Assembly (NCBI GenBank): GCA_027340875.1
Contig: DAIENX010000025.1
Span: forward strand, 1 to 30,106
Reading direction: 5' to 3'
DNA: 30,106 bases
DNA from: Elusimicrobiota bacterium
Lineage (GTDB): Bacteria > Elusimicrobiota > Elusimicrobia > Elusimicrobiales > UBA9959
This document shows positions 1 to 9,964 of the stretch, piece after piece. The position numbers and the translations under genes are program-made. The first letter of the stretch is position 1. Each line of letters starts with the position of its first letter. The notes under the pieces were generated by a model that was not told the origin of the DNA, searched no databases, and was given only the letters and a program-made list of their open reading frames with translations.

Positions 1-160
1 TGCGCCGGCCTTGTCTGAGCGGCCGGGGCCGCCGCAGGTTTCGGCGCGGTGGCAGGCGCGGCAGCGGGTTTCTGCGCCGGCTGTGCCGCCGGCTTCGGAG
101 CGGGCTGAGGCGCCGGTTTCGGCGCCGGAGCCGGGGAGGTCTGTGCCGCCGGCGCCGGCG
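1..160 (-). repeat. Low-complexity Pro/Ala/Lys/Gln coding repeat in the kinase tail
   Basis: Translates as PAPAAQTSPAPAPKPAPQPAPKPAAQPAQKPAAAPATAPKPAAAPAA, i.e. degenerate APKPA-type units. Confidence 0.7.
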
Positions 161-2696
161 TGTCGCTTATCTGCGGCATCTTGCCGGCGAGGACGGCGCG
201 CAGCGCCTCGGCCATCTCGGTCCCTGTCTGGAAGCGCTCCTCCGGCTTCTTCTTCAGGGCCTTGTCTATGACGGCCAGTATGCCCTGCGGCAGGTCCTGG
301 CGTATCTGCATCGGGTCCGGATAGGGGTCGCTGGTTATCTGGAAGAGAAGGGTTCCTATCGATTCTCCGCCCTTCCAGGGCCGTTCGCCGGTCAGCATCT
401 CGTAAAGAGTTACCCCCAGCGAGAACAGGTCGGCGCGGCCGTCCACCTTCTTGCCGGCGATCTGCTCCGGGCTCATATAATACGGAGTGCCGAGCACCGT
501 GCCCGTGGCGGTCTTGGAATGCTCCGTTATGCGGGCTATGCCGAAGTCGGCCACGCGTATAGTGCCGTCCTCGAGCAGCATGATGTTGGCCGGCTTGATG
601 TCCCGGTGCACGATGCCGCTCTTGTGCGCGTAGGCCAGCGCGTCCGCCGCGTGGGCCACGTACTCCAGCACCTTGGGCACGGGCAGGAGGTTGTCCTTGG
701 TCGCCCACTTCTTGAGGTCGTCGCCCTTGAGCAGCTCCATGGCGATGTAGGCGATGTCCTGCTCCTCGCCGGCGTCGTAGATCTTGACGATATTGGGGTG
801 CGTGAGGTTGCCGGCGGCCTGGGCCTCGCGGAAGAAGCGGTCCTTCAGCTCCTTCATCGCCTTCTCCTCCAGCCCCTCCTCGAAGCGCATCGTCTTGATG
901 GCCACCGAGCGGTTTATCTTGGGGTCCACGCCGAGGTAGACTATGCCCATCGCGCCCTTGCCGAGCTCCTTCTTGATCTCGTAGCGGCCGAGCGTCGGGG
1001 TTATCGAGGAGCCGGCGACCATCATCGTCGCGTCTCCGCCGCCGCCCTTGCCCCCCACGCCGCCGAAGACGGCGCCGTTGGCGGCCTGCTTGAGCATGTC
1101 TATCTTGCCCTTGATGTCCTTGAACTCCGGGTCCTTGGCGGAGATATGCTCGTAGACCGCGACCGCCTTGTTGTACTGGCGCTTGCGCTCGAAGTCCAGC
1201 GCGAGGTTGTAGAGCGTGTCCTTCATGTTGTCGTCGAGCGGGCACAGGCGGAACTTCTCGAAGGCCAGGTCCAGCATGCCCTGGCCCTGGAACGAGAGTC
1301 CGAGCATCTTGTTGGTCTCGATCTGCGAGACCTCGATCAGCTCCTTCTTTTTCTCGGTGAGGAAGAAGCGCTTGCTGATGACGAAGATGTAGCCCGCGGC
1401 CAACACCGCGGCCGGGTACATGATCTTTATCCAGAGGCCCTTGGAGACGAAGAGGAATATGCCGGAGGCTATCAGCGCCGCGAACAGCGTTCCCGTCACG
1501 ATGGCGCCAGTGCCGGCCTTAAGCCGCGGCAGCAGGAAAGCGGTGAAGAGGCCCGCCAGCAGTATCATCCCCATTTCGGCGGGGCCGGCCCATTCCGGGC
1601 GCGAGATGAAGCGGCCGGACAGGATGTCGTCCACGACGTTGGCCGTGTAGTCCACGGCCGACATCGCGCTGTCGGTAGGCGTGACGTAGAGGCTCCCCAC
1701 TCCCTGGGCGGTCGGACCGATCAGGACGATCTTGTCCTTGAAGGCCTCGGGGACTATCTTGCCGTTCATCACGTCGTAGAAGGAATAGTACTTGAAGGAT
1801 TTGGGCTTGTCGAAGGCCAGCAGCGCCGAGGAGGAGGCGTCCAGCGGCATGCGGCTCTTTCCGTATACGGCCTCGCTGCCCGGAGACAGCATCACCTTGT
1901 CGGAGGGCAGTCCCAGACTGACGCGCACGATCTCGGAGGCGAAAGAAGGGTAGAAGTTCTGCCCGTACGGGATGAACGGGTACTCGCGGCGCACCGAGCC
2001 GTCTATCTCGCTGAAGACGTTGACGTGGCCTACTCCGGAGGCGGAAGAGGCCAGCACGGCTATCGGCACGGTGAAGCCGGAGCCCTCGACGGACATGCCT
2101 TCCACGGCGGCCTTGTGGGAGACGGACGGCGCGAACCTGCGCATCCAGTCGGGTTCCGGCTTGGGCTTGGAGACAGGGATGCCGGTGTCGAAGAAGAGCG
2201 GCAGGACGACGTTGCCCGCCGAGACTATGGCCTCGGACAGCTTGGCGTCGTTGTCCAGGTCCTTGCGCGTGGCGTCTATGGCCTTCAGGAACTCGGATTC
2301 CTTGCCTGATTCCTTGATCTTCTTGGCCGCGACGAGCTCCTCGTAGCGCGCCTTCAGCTTGTCCGCTATCTCGGCGCCGCCGCTCTTCTCGGGCTCGGAG
2401 AAGAGGATGTTGAGGCCTATGACGGAGGGCTTCGCGGGCGCGGAGGAGAGCCAGACCAGCATGTCCGCTATCTTGGAGCGCGGCCAGGGCCAGCGCCCTA
2501 TCTTGGAGATGCTGTCGTCGTTGATCTCTATGACCGCGATGTCGCTCTTTTCCGGGGCTGCCGCGCTCATGCGGGCCCTGAAGTCATAGAACTTCAGCTC
2601 GGCCGTCTCCAGTCCGGTGCCGGTGAAATAGAAGAACAGCGCCGCGAGGGCCAGGGCCGTACCCCAGAGTATGTCGGAAAAGATGAATTTGCGCAC
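1..2696 (-). CDS. CHASE2-domain Hanks-type Ser/Thr protein kinase (3' end beyond window)
   Basis: Not in the ORF track because there is no stop in the window; translated by hand. GTG at 2696 follows SD AAGGAGGGG. N-terminal TM (MRKFIFSDILWGTALALAALFFYF), CHASE2 motif IEINDDSISKIGRWPWPRSKIA, about 3 TM helices, a TPR-like stretch (LYNLALDFERKRQYNKAVAVY), then kinase motifs ELGKGAMGIVY, VAIK, HRDIKPANIML, DFGIAR, GTPYYMSPEQ, DLFSLG and a Pro/Ala-rich tail. Confidence 0.93.
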   Translation of the reverse strand, partial: MRKFIFSDILWGTALALAALFFYFTGTGLETAELKFYDFRARMSAAAPEKSDIAVIEINDDSISKIGRWPWPRSKIADMLVWLSSAPAKPSVIGLNILFSEPEKSGGAEIADKLKARYEELVAAKKIKESGKESEFLKAIDATRKDLDNDAKLSEAIVSAGNVVLPLFFDTGIPVSKPKPEPDWMRRFAPSVSHKAAVEGMSVEGSGFTVPIAVLASSASGVGHVNVFSEIDGSVRREYPFIPYGQNFYPSFASEIVRVSLGLPSDKVMLSPGSEAVYGKSRMPLDASSSALLAFDKPKSFKYYSFYDVMNGKIVPEAFKDKIVLIGPTAQGVGSLYVTPTDSAMSAVDYTANVVDDILSGRFISRPEWAGPAEMGMILLAGLFTAFLLPRLKAGTGAIVTGTLFAALIASGIFLFVSKGLWIKIMYPAAVLAAGYIFVISKRFFLTEKKKELIEVSQIETNKMLGLSFQGQGMLDLAFEKFRLCPLDDNMKDTLYNLALDFERKRQYNKAVAVYEHISAKDPEFKDIKGKIDMLKQAANGAVFGGVGGKGGGGDATMMVAGSSITPTLGRYEIKKELGKGAMGIVYLGVDPKINRSVAIKTMRFEEGLEEKAMKELKDRFFREAQAAGNLTHPNIVKIYDAGEEQDIAYIAMELLKGDDLKKWATKDNLLPVPKVLEYVAHAADALAYAHKSGIVHRDIKPANIMLLEDGTIRVADFGIARITEHSKTATGTVLGTPYYMSPEQIAGKKVDGRADLFSLGVTLYEMLTGERPWKGGESIGTLLFQITSDPYPDPMQIRQDLPQGILAVIDKALKKKPEERFQTGTEMAEALRAVLAGKMPQISDTPAPAAQTSPAPAPKPAPQPAPKPAAQPAQKPAAAPATAPKPAAAPAAQTRPA

Positions 2697-2712
2697 TTTT
2701 CTCCCCTCCTTG

Positions 2713-4803
<2,091 letters not shown>

Positions 4804-4807
4804 GATG

Positions 4808-5743
4808 TCAGATTCGCCTGTCCTTTACGAAGATGCTGCCATGCCTGGAGGAAAGGTCCTTGCCGTAGCGCTTCAGTTCCGCCGCGCTCTCCACGATCTT
4901 CGCGTAATGCTGCTGGTGGGTGCGCGGGGCAACTATGGCCACCGTCAGGGACATCAGCGGGAACTGGCGCGTGTTATTGGAGCGGTCCAGCGTCGTGATG
5001 AAGCCGCGCCCGCGGTCCTCCTCCGTATAGAAATCCGGTATGATGCGGTCGAACTCCTCGGTGATGGCCTTGGCGGCGGCCTCGGCCTTCTCCGAGGAGG
5101 TGATCATCACGAAATCGTCGCCGCCGACGTGGCCGAGGAAGTAGTCCTCGCCCGCGGTCTCCTTGGTCTTGGCGAGGAGCAGGGAGGCGATGGCCTTTAT
5201 CACCTCGTCGCCCTTCGCGTAACCGTAAACGTCGTTGTAGGCCTTGAAGTTGTCCGCGTCCACGTAGCAGAAAGCGAATGGCTCTTTCCCATGCAGCCGT
5301 CGGAGGACCTCTTCCTCTATGGCCGGGCTGCCGGGCAGCTTCGTCAGCGGGTTCAGGGAGGTGTCCTCGCTCTTGCGCTTGAGTATCCGGTTTATCCGCG
5401 CCCGCAGCTCGCGGACGTCGAAAGGCTTTGTGATGTAGTCATCCGCCCCCAGCTCTATCGTGGTGACGCGGGCGTCGACTTCCGACACGCCGCTCAGGAT
5501 TATCACGGGGATATCCCGCGTGCCGGGGGCTTCCCGTATGCGCTTGCAGAGCGCGTAACCGTCTATGCCCGGCATCCGGAGGTCCAGCAGGATGAGGTCC
5601 GGGGTATTGTCCTTGAGGAAAGCCAGTACCTCGTTACCGCCGTAGAGCGTGGTAACCAGGTAGTTGTACTTCTTCAGTACGGCGGAGATCAGCAGCCCCA
5701 CGTTGGGGTCGTCGTCCACCACCAGAACTTTTTTGCCCGCCAA
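4808..5743 (-). CDS. Response regulator receiver fused to GGDEF-family domain (GGDDF variant), putative diguanylate cyclase
   Basis: REC motifs VLVVDDD, LILLDLRMP and YITKPF. GGDEF-type motifs NPLTKLPG, DADNFKAYNDVYGYAKGD and GHVGGDDF. TTG start after a GGGG SD-like run. Confidence 0.9.
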   Translation of the reverse strand: MAGKKVLVVDDDPNVGLLISAVLKKYNYLVTTLYGGNEVLAFLKDNTPDLILLDLRMPGIDGYALCKRIREAPGTRDIPVIILSGVSEVDARVTTIELGADDYITKPFDVRELRARINRILKRKSEDTSLNPLTKLPGSPAIEEEVLRRLHGKEPFAFCYVDADNFKAYNDVYGYAKGDEVIKAIASLLLAKTKETAGEDYFLGHVGGDDFVMITSSEKAEAAAKAITEEFDRIIPDFYTEEDRGRGFITTLDRSNNTRQFPLMSLTVAIVAPRTHQQHYAKIVESAAELKRYGKDLSSRHGSIFVKDRRI

Positions 5744-5802
5744 GTCTTTCCCCCGTTGAAATTCAGGGAACCCGTGCTCCCTTTCCGGAAATCATGTAAA
5801 GC

Positions 5803-5831
5803 ATTATAAAACATAATATATTAATACGCAA
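5803..5831 (-). promoter_or_regulatory. sigma70-type promoter of the REC-GGDDF/kinase operon
   Basis: Minus strand reads TTGCGT-N17-TATAAT in an AT-rich intergenic patch. Confidence 0.75.
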
Positions 5832-5865
5832 GGCTGGGCCCTGCCCTGTCCGGCCGCAACCTGGT

Positions 5866-5894
5866 TTGCCGCGGCGCCGGATTAGTGCTATAAT
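5866..5894 (+). promoter_or_regulatory. sigma70-type promoter of the HTH-REC regulator
   Basis: TTGCCG-N17-TATAAT with extended -10 (TGc). Confidence 0.75.
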
Positions 5895-5942
5895 ATTAAA
5901 AAGGGTAAAAACCATAAAAATCGCAACAGTGGAGGAGCACCC

Positions 5943-6521
5943 GTGCGAGACAAGATCTTCAGTACCTTTGAAGCGGCGAAAATGATGGGGCTTTCCCCCG
6001 GCACCGTGGCCAATTGGGTGGATTCCGGCAAACTAAAGGCCTTCACCACGCTGGGCGGCCACCGTCGGATAAAGGCGGAGGATTTCAGGAGTTTCCTGAT
6101 AGAGAACAAGATGCCGGTTCCCAAGGAGCTGGAGAAATGCGTCTCCACTCCGAAGAAGGTCCTGATGGTGGAGGACGATCCCAAGTTCCTCCGTCTGATG
6201 GAGAAGTTCTTCCGCGCCGCGAAGAAGGACTGGGAGCTCTTTTTCGCAGCCGATGGCTTCCAGGCCGGCTCGCTGGTGGGCAGCGAGAAGCCCGACGTCG
6301 TGATCCTCGATATCATGCTGCCTGATATCAACGGTTTCAAGGTGTGCGAGATAATCAAGGCCAGCGACAAGCGTACGCTGGTGATAGCGGTGACGGGCTA
6401 CGATTCCGAGGACATAAAGCACAAGATACTGGCGGCTGGGGCCGACGATTATTTCGTGAAGCCTTTCAAGTTCGAGGCGCTGATAAAGCGCATCGACGAG
6501 TGGAACGGCCGAGCAGACTGA
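5943..6521 (+). CDS. Response regulator with N-terminal excisionase/MerR-like HTH and C-terminal receiver domain
   Basis: FSTFEAAKMMGLSPGTVANWVDSGKLKAFTTLGGHRRI (HTH_17-like), then VLMVEDD, VILDIMLPD and FVKPF. SD GGAGG precedes the GTG. Confidence 0.9.
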   Translation: MRDKIFSTFEAAKMMGLSPGTVANWVDSGKLKAFTTLGGHRRIKAEDFRSFLIENKMPVPKELEKCVSTPKKVLMVEDDPKFLRLMEKFFRAAKKDWELFFAADGFQAGSLVGSEKPDVVILDIMLPDINGFKVCEIIKASDKRTLVIAVTGYDSEDIKHKILAAGADDYFVKPFKFEALIKRIDEWNGRAD

Positions 6522-6566
6522 CCGGCGGCAGGGGCGGCCGGATCCTGACTTTTGTTGGCAGTGCCC

Positions 6567-6595
6567 TTGACAAAGGTCATTGAGGGTGGTAGAAT
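6567..6595 (+). promoter_or_regulatory. Near-consensus sigma70 promoter
   Basis: TTGACA (6567-6572)-N17-TAGAAT (6590-6595) with extended -10 TG. Confidence 0.85.
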
Positions 6596-6601
6596 AAATG
6601 C

Positions 6602-6655
6602 GTCAGGGCTGCCTCCCTCACCCTACCCCCCAAAAGGCAGCCCTGCCTTTTTTTT
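6602..6655 (+). ncRNA. Candidate ~55-nt small RNA or attenuator: single hairpin with C-rich loop and U-tract
   Basis: Starts at the predicted TSS. Perfect 11-bp stem CAGGGCTGCCT/AGGCAGCCCTG, 20-nt loop CCCTCACCCTACCCCCCAAA, then CC and T8. Confidence 0.55.
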
Positions 6656-6665
6656 GTCCTGAAAA

Positions 6666-7754
6666 ATGACCACTTCCTTCAAGACGACGCTGGGCGTCCT
6701 GGCTTCCGCCGGATTCCTGCTCGCCGTCGGATATTCGACGATGAAGCGCGCGGAGCGCGCGCAGGCTTCCCGCCTGGACTGGCGCGACATCACCGCCCTC
6801 TCCTCTACGAAGGGACCTGTCGCCGCGGCGCGCGCGGTGGACGAGCGGCTGCTGGCCCACCCCAACGACGCGATAATGCATTACTTCCGGGCGAGGCTCT
6901 ACTACGAGGACGGGCGCGCCCCGCAGGCGCTGGCCGAGGCCGACAGGGCCATCGCCCTCGGCTACGCGCAGGAGATCTCCCACCTGCTGAAGGCGCTCGT
7001 CTACGGGCGGCTGCTCAATGACCGCGCGCAGGAGAAGAAGCTGGCCACCAAGGCTCTTGGCTACGACCCCACCTACGACGACGGCTACATGGCCAGGGCG
7101 GAGGCCGAATACCGGCTGGGCGAATACGGCCCATGCGTCTCCGACGCGGCGTCGTTCTCGAGTCTGTCGCCCGAGGATCCGTATTCGTACGAGCTCTCCC
7201 TGCTCTGCCTTTCCGAACTGAAGGATTTCGCCGGGGCCGAAAAAGCCGGCGCCAGGCTGCTGAAGCTAGAGCCCAACAACCACGAGGCCCTGTGGCGCCT
7301 GGGGCTGCTGGAAGCCGCGCGCGGCCGGCACGAGGAGGCCGTGCGCAGGTTCTCCGAGGCGATACGGCTCAGCGGCGGCCGCCCTTCGTACTACCTCTCC
7401 AGGGCGTCCTCCTGCAGAGAGCTAGGCGACTTCTCCTGCGAGGCCTGGGACCTGGCTTCCGCCTCGGACTGGAAATCCGTCTCCTCCTACGCCACTTATT
7501 ATGTCCGGCTCGGAGAGGCGATGCACCGCGTCGGGGAGCTGGAGCTGGGCATGAAGGCCGCTGGCAAGGCGCTGGAGATTGCCCCCGCGGCGCCGGCCGC
7601 ACATGTCCTGAGGGGCCGCCTGCGGGCCGAAAAGGGAGACCTCAAAGGGGCGGCCGCCGACTTCCGCGCGGCCGAGGCTCTGGCGCCAGGCAGCGACCAG
7701 GAGCTTCCCGGCCTGCTCTCCGCCGTCGGCGGAGCTTCTAAATCCCCGAAATAA
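6666..7754 (+). CDS. Tetratricopeptide repeat protein with N-terminal membrane anchor or signal
   Basis: Hydrophobic N-terminus and multiple TPR-like units (e.g. HEALWRLGLLEAARGRHEEAVRRFSEAIRL; AAHVLRGRLRAEKGDLKGAAADFRAAEALAP). Confidence 0.85.
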   Translation: MTTSFKTTLGVLASAGFLLAVGYSTMKRAERAQASRLDWRDITALSSTKGPVAAARAVDERLLAHPNDAIMHYFRARLYYEDGRAPQALAEADRAIALGYAQEISHLLKALVYGRLLNDRAQEKKLATKALGYDPTYDDGYMARAEAEYRLGEYGPCVSDAASFSSLSPEDPYSYELSLLCLSELKDFAGAEKAGARLLKLEPNNHEALWRLGLLEAARGRHEEAVRRFSEAIRLSGGRPSYYLSRASSCRELGDFSCEAWDLASASDWKSVSSYATYYVRLGEAMHRVGELELGMKAAGKALEIAPAAPAAHVLRGRLRAEKGDLKGAAADFRAAEALAPGSDQELPGLLSAVGGASKSPK

Positions 7755-7764
7755 CTTATAGAAT
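7736..7764 (+). promoter_or_regulatory. Putative promoter that would give a leaderless mRNA for the DUF2723 gene
   Basis: TTCTAA-N17-TAGAAT (7759-7764). The GTG start lies 7 nt beyond the -10 and no SD is visible. Confidence 0.45.
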
Positions 7765-7771
7765 AGTCAGC

Positions 7772-9904
7772 GTGATGGACGCCGGAAACGACCAGTCATC
7801 GGCGGGGATGTCCCCCGCCGCCCTATGGGCCTCTCTGCTGGTCCTGCTGCTGGTGCCGCTCTACGTCTGCAGCCTGCCGCCGGTGCTCCCCCCCTATCGC
7901 GACGCCGGGGAGATGGCCAGCGCGGCCTGGACTCTGGGAGTCGCGCATCAGCCGGGCTATCCTCTCTACATCCTGTCCGCCAAGCTTTTCTCGCTGCTGC
8001 CGCTGGGCAACCCGGCCTGGCGCCTGAACCTTTATTCCGCCGCGGCGGGCATCGCCGGGGTGCTGGTCTTCTGGAGGCTGGCGGCCTTGGCCTTCTCGCC
8101 GGCGGCCGCCTTCTTCGCGGCTTTGCTGCTGGGTTTCAACTTCACTCTTCGCACCGTCTCGTCCGTTCCGGAGATGTACGCCCTGAACTTCCTGTTCGCC
8201 GGCGCCGTCCTGCTGTCCGCCTCGCGGCGCGGACGCGGAGCGCTGTTCCTTACCTCCTTTCTGCTGGGTCTCGGCATGGCCAATCGCATGGACCTGCTGC
8301 TGGCCGCGCCGGCGCTGCTGCTGCTGTCGTGGCCGGAACTGAAGGAAGGCGGCCCTATGTCCCTGCTCAAGGCGGCCGGTTTCTTCTTTCTGGGCTTCTC
8401 CCTGTACCTGTATCTGCCGTTCCGCTCGTCGTGCTGGCCCCGCTTCGACTGGAGCCACCCGGCCGATCCCGCCACTTTCCTGGCCGTGATCACCAGGAAA
8501 AGCTACGGCTCCACGCTGGACCTGATCTCGCTGAACTACGCGCGCGGGGAGCTCTTCCTGCCGGGGATGAAGTACTACGCCATCCACCTTTGGCAGAACT
8601 TCAGCGCTGCCCTGGCCTTCGCCGCGGCCGGCCTCTACGCCGAGTGGCGGCGCAGCCCGCTCAGGCTGGCGGCCTTCGCCGCGCTCTTCGTCTTCCCTGG
8701 ACCGGTCTTCATCTTCATGGCCAACATGCCGCCCAACCCGCACGCGCTGGCCATCGTCGAGCCCTACTACCTGCTGCCGGACATCGCCGTGGCGTTCTGG
8801 GCCGCGGCGGGGCTTTTCTTCCTCGCCGGGCGGTATCCGCGGGCTTTCCGGCCGCTGGTCCTGGCGGCCGCTCTGACCTGCGGCCTGGTCTTCTACGGGG
8901 GCGCGCACGGCTCGCTCCGCAGGTGGCTGTTCGCCGCGGAGGATTACGCCTCGGACGTGCTGCGCTCTGTCCCTCCAGGCTCCGTAGTGGTGGCCAAGAA
9001 GGACGTGCAGCTGTTCTCTCTCTGGTACCTGCAGGAAGTGAAGGGGCTCCGGCCCGACGTGAGGGTGGTCGCGCAGGGGCTGAGCGGAGCTCCCTGGTAC
9101 CGGGAGGAGCAGCGGCGCTACGTCCCGGGTCTCACGCTCTACAACCTGGGGTCGGGACAACCGGCCGACTGGCAGGCCTTCGTCTCCGCCAATCCCGGAG
9201 GGGTCTACGCCACGATGGATGCCGAGCTGCCGGCCTCCGTTCCGGCGACCCCCGCCGGCATGGTCAATCTGCTCTATCCCCCCGCCGGGTTCCGGGTCCC
9301 GGACAGGTGGCAGTTCTTCGCCCTCCCCCGCCTGGACGTCCGCTACCGGGATTTCTTCGACAAGGATATAGGGGTTTCCTACGCCCAGGCCATGCTGTCG
9401 GCGGCGGCCAGGCGCAGCGTCGCCGGCCGGCCGGAGGAGGCCGACGCCGAGGCGCTGCGCCTGGCCTCGCTGCTGGACCCCGAGCTTCCGGACGCCCCGC
9501 TTTATGAAGGCTTCTATTATTCCTCCCGCGGCGACTGGGCAAAGGCCGAGTCCTGCTTCCAGGCCTCGGTCGGCGTCTACGAGCGACTGCTGCGGCTGAG
9601 CGTAGAGTTCCGCTCTCTGCCGGACCTTAAGAGGATGCTGGCCTCCTCCAGCGCGTACGCGCTGCTGAACTACGGCGTCGCCGCCGAGAAGACCGGCGAC
9701 AGGGCCGCCGCGGAGAGTGCCTATCTGGCGGCGGCCGCGCGCAATCCGGACCTGGCGGATGTCCGTTACAACCTGGCTATCCTTTACTGGAACCGTGACT
9801 GGACGAGGGTGCGTGAGGAACTGCAGGCCACGCTGAGGATAAACCCATCCCACGCTCAGGCCAGAAGATACCTGGAACAGCTAGAACGGGAAGGCCGCAG
9901 GTGA
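7772..9904 (+). CDS. DUF2723/TMEM260-like polytopic membrane protein (putative GT-C glycosyltransferase) with C-terminal TPRs
   Basis: Signature RDAGEMASAAWTLGVAHQPGYPLY, EMYALN, YLYLPFRS and DWSHP, about 10 TM segments, and C-terminal TPRs (ADVRYNLAILY, LRINPSHAQARRYL). Confidence 0.85.
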   Translation: MMDAGNDQSSAGMSPAALWASLLVLLLVPLYVCSLPPVLPPYRDAGEMASAAWTLGVAHQPGYPLYILSAKLFSLLPLGNPAWRLNLYSAAAGIAGVLVFWRLAALAFSPAAAFFAALLLGFNFTLRTVSSVPEMYALNFLFAGAVLLSASRRGRGALFLTSFLLGLGMANRMDLLLAAPALLLLSWPELKEGGPMSLLKAAGFFFLGFSLYLYLPFRSSCWPRFDWSHPADPATFLAVITRKSYGSTLDLISLNYARGELFLPGMKYYAIHLWQNFSAALAFAAAGLYAEWRRSPLRLAAFAALFVFPGPVFIFMANMPPNPHALAIVEPYYLLPDIAVAFWAAAGLFFLAGRYPRAFRPLVLAAALTCGLVFYGGAHGSLRRWLFAAEDYASDVLRSVPPGSVVVAKKDVQLFSLWYLQEVKGLRPDVRVVAQGLSGAPWYREEQRRYVPGLTLYNLGSGQPADWQAFVSANPGGVYATMDAELPASVPATPAGMVNLLYPPAGFRVPDRWQFFALPRLDVRYRDFFDKDIGVSYAQAMLSAAARRSVAGRPEEADAEALRLASLLDPELPDAPLYEGFYYSSRGDWAKAESCFQASVGVYERLLRLSVEFRSLPDLKRMLASSSAYALLNYGVAAEKTGDRAAAESAYLAAAARNPDLADVRYNLAILYWNRDWTRVREELQATLRINPSHAQARRYLEQLEREGRR

Positions 9905-9918
9905 AAGCGGCCGAGCTC

Positions 9919-9949
9919 AAAAAAAAGACCGCCTCGGCGGTCTTTTTTT
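9919..9949. terminator. Bidirectional intrinsic terminator between convergent genes
   Basis: A8-GACCGCC-TC-GGCGGTC-T7 lies between the stops at 9904 (+) and 9965 (-). Confidence 0.9.
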
Positions 9950-9964
9950 CTGGCGGGGATCCCG

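Noticed and set aside
5110..5135. GGDD motif as a Cas10/type III CRISPR palm domain
   Set aside because: The context is a small REC-GGDEF protein, and there are no cas genes or repeat-spacer array in the window.
5943..6080. Excisionase-like HTH as a sign of a prophage or integrative element
   Set aside because: It is fused to a receiver domain, a known regulator architecture, and no integrase, att site or phage genes are nearby.
6606..6645. G-quadruplex on the minus strand of the C-rich hairpin
   Set aside because: Four G3 runs need a 9-nt loop and would compete with the perfect stem. The hairpin or sRNA reading explains the sequence more simply.
7823..9853. ORFs 7823-9853 (-) and 7825-9507 (+)
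   Set aside because: Shadow or alternate-frame ORFs over the DUF2723 gene with Arg/Gly/Pro-rich, non-protein-like composition.
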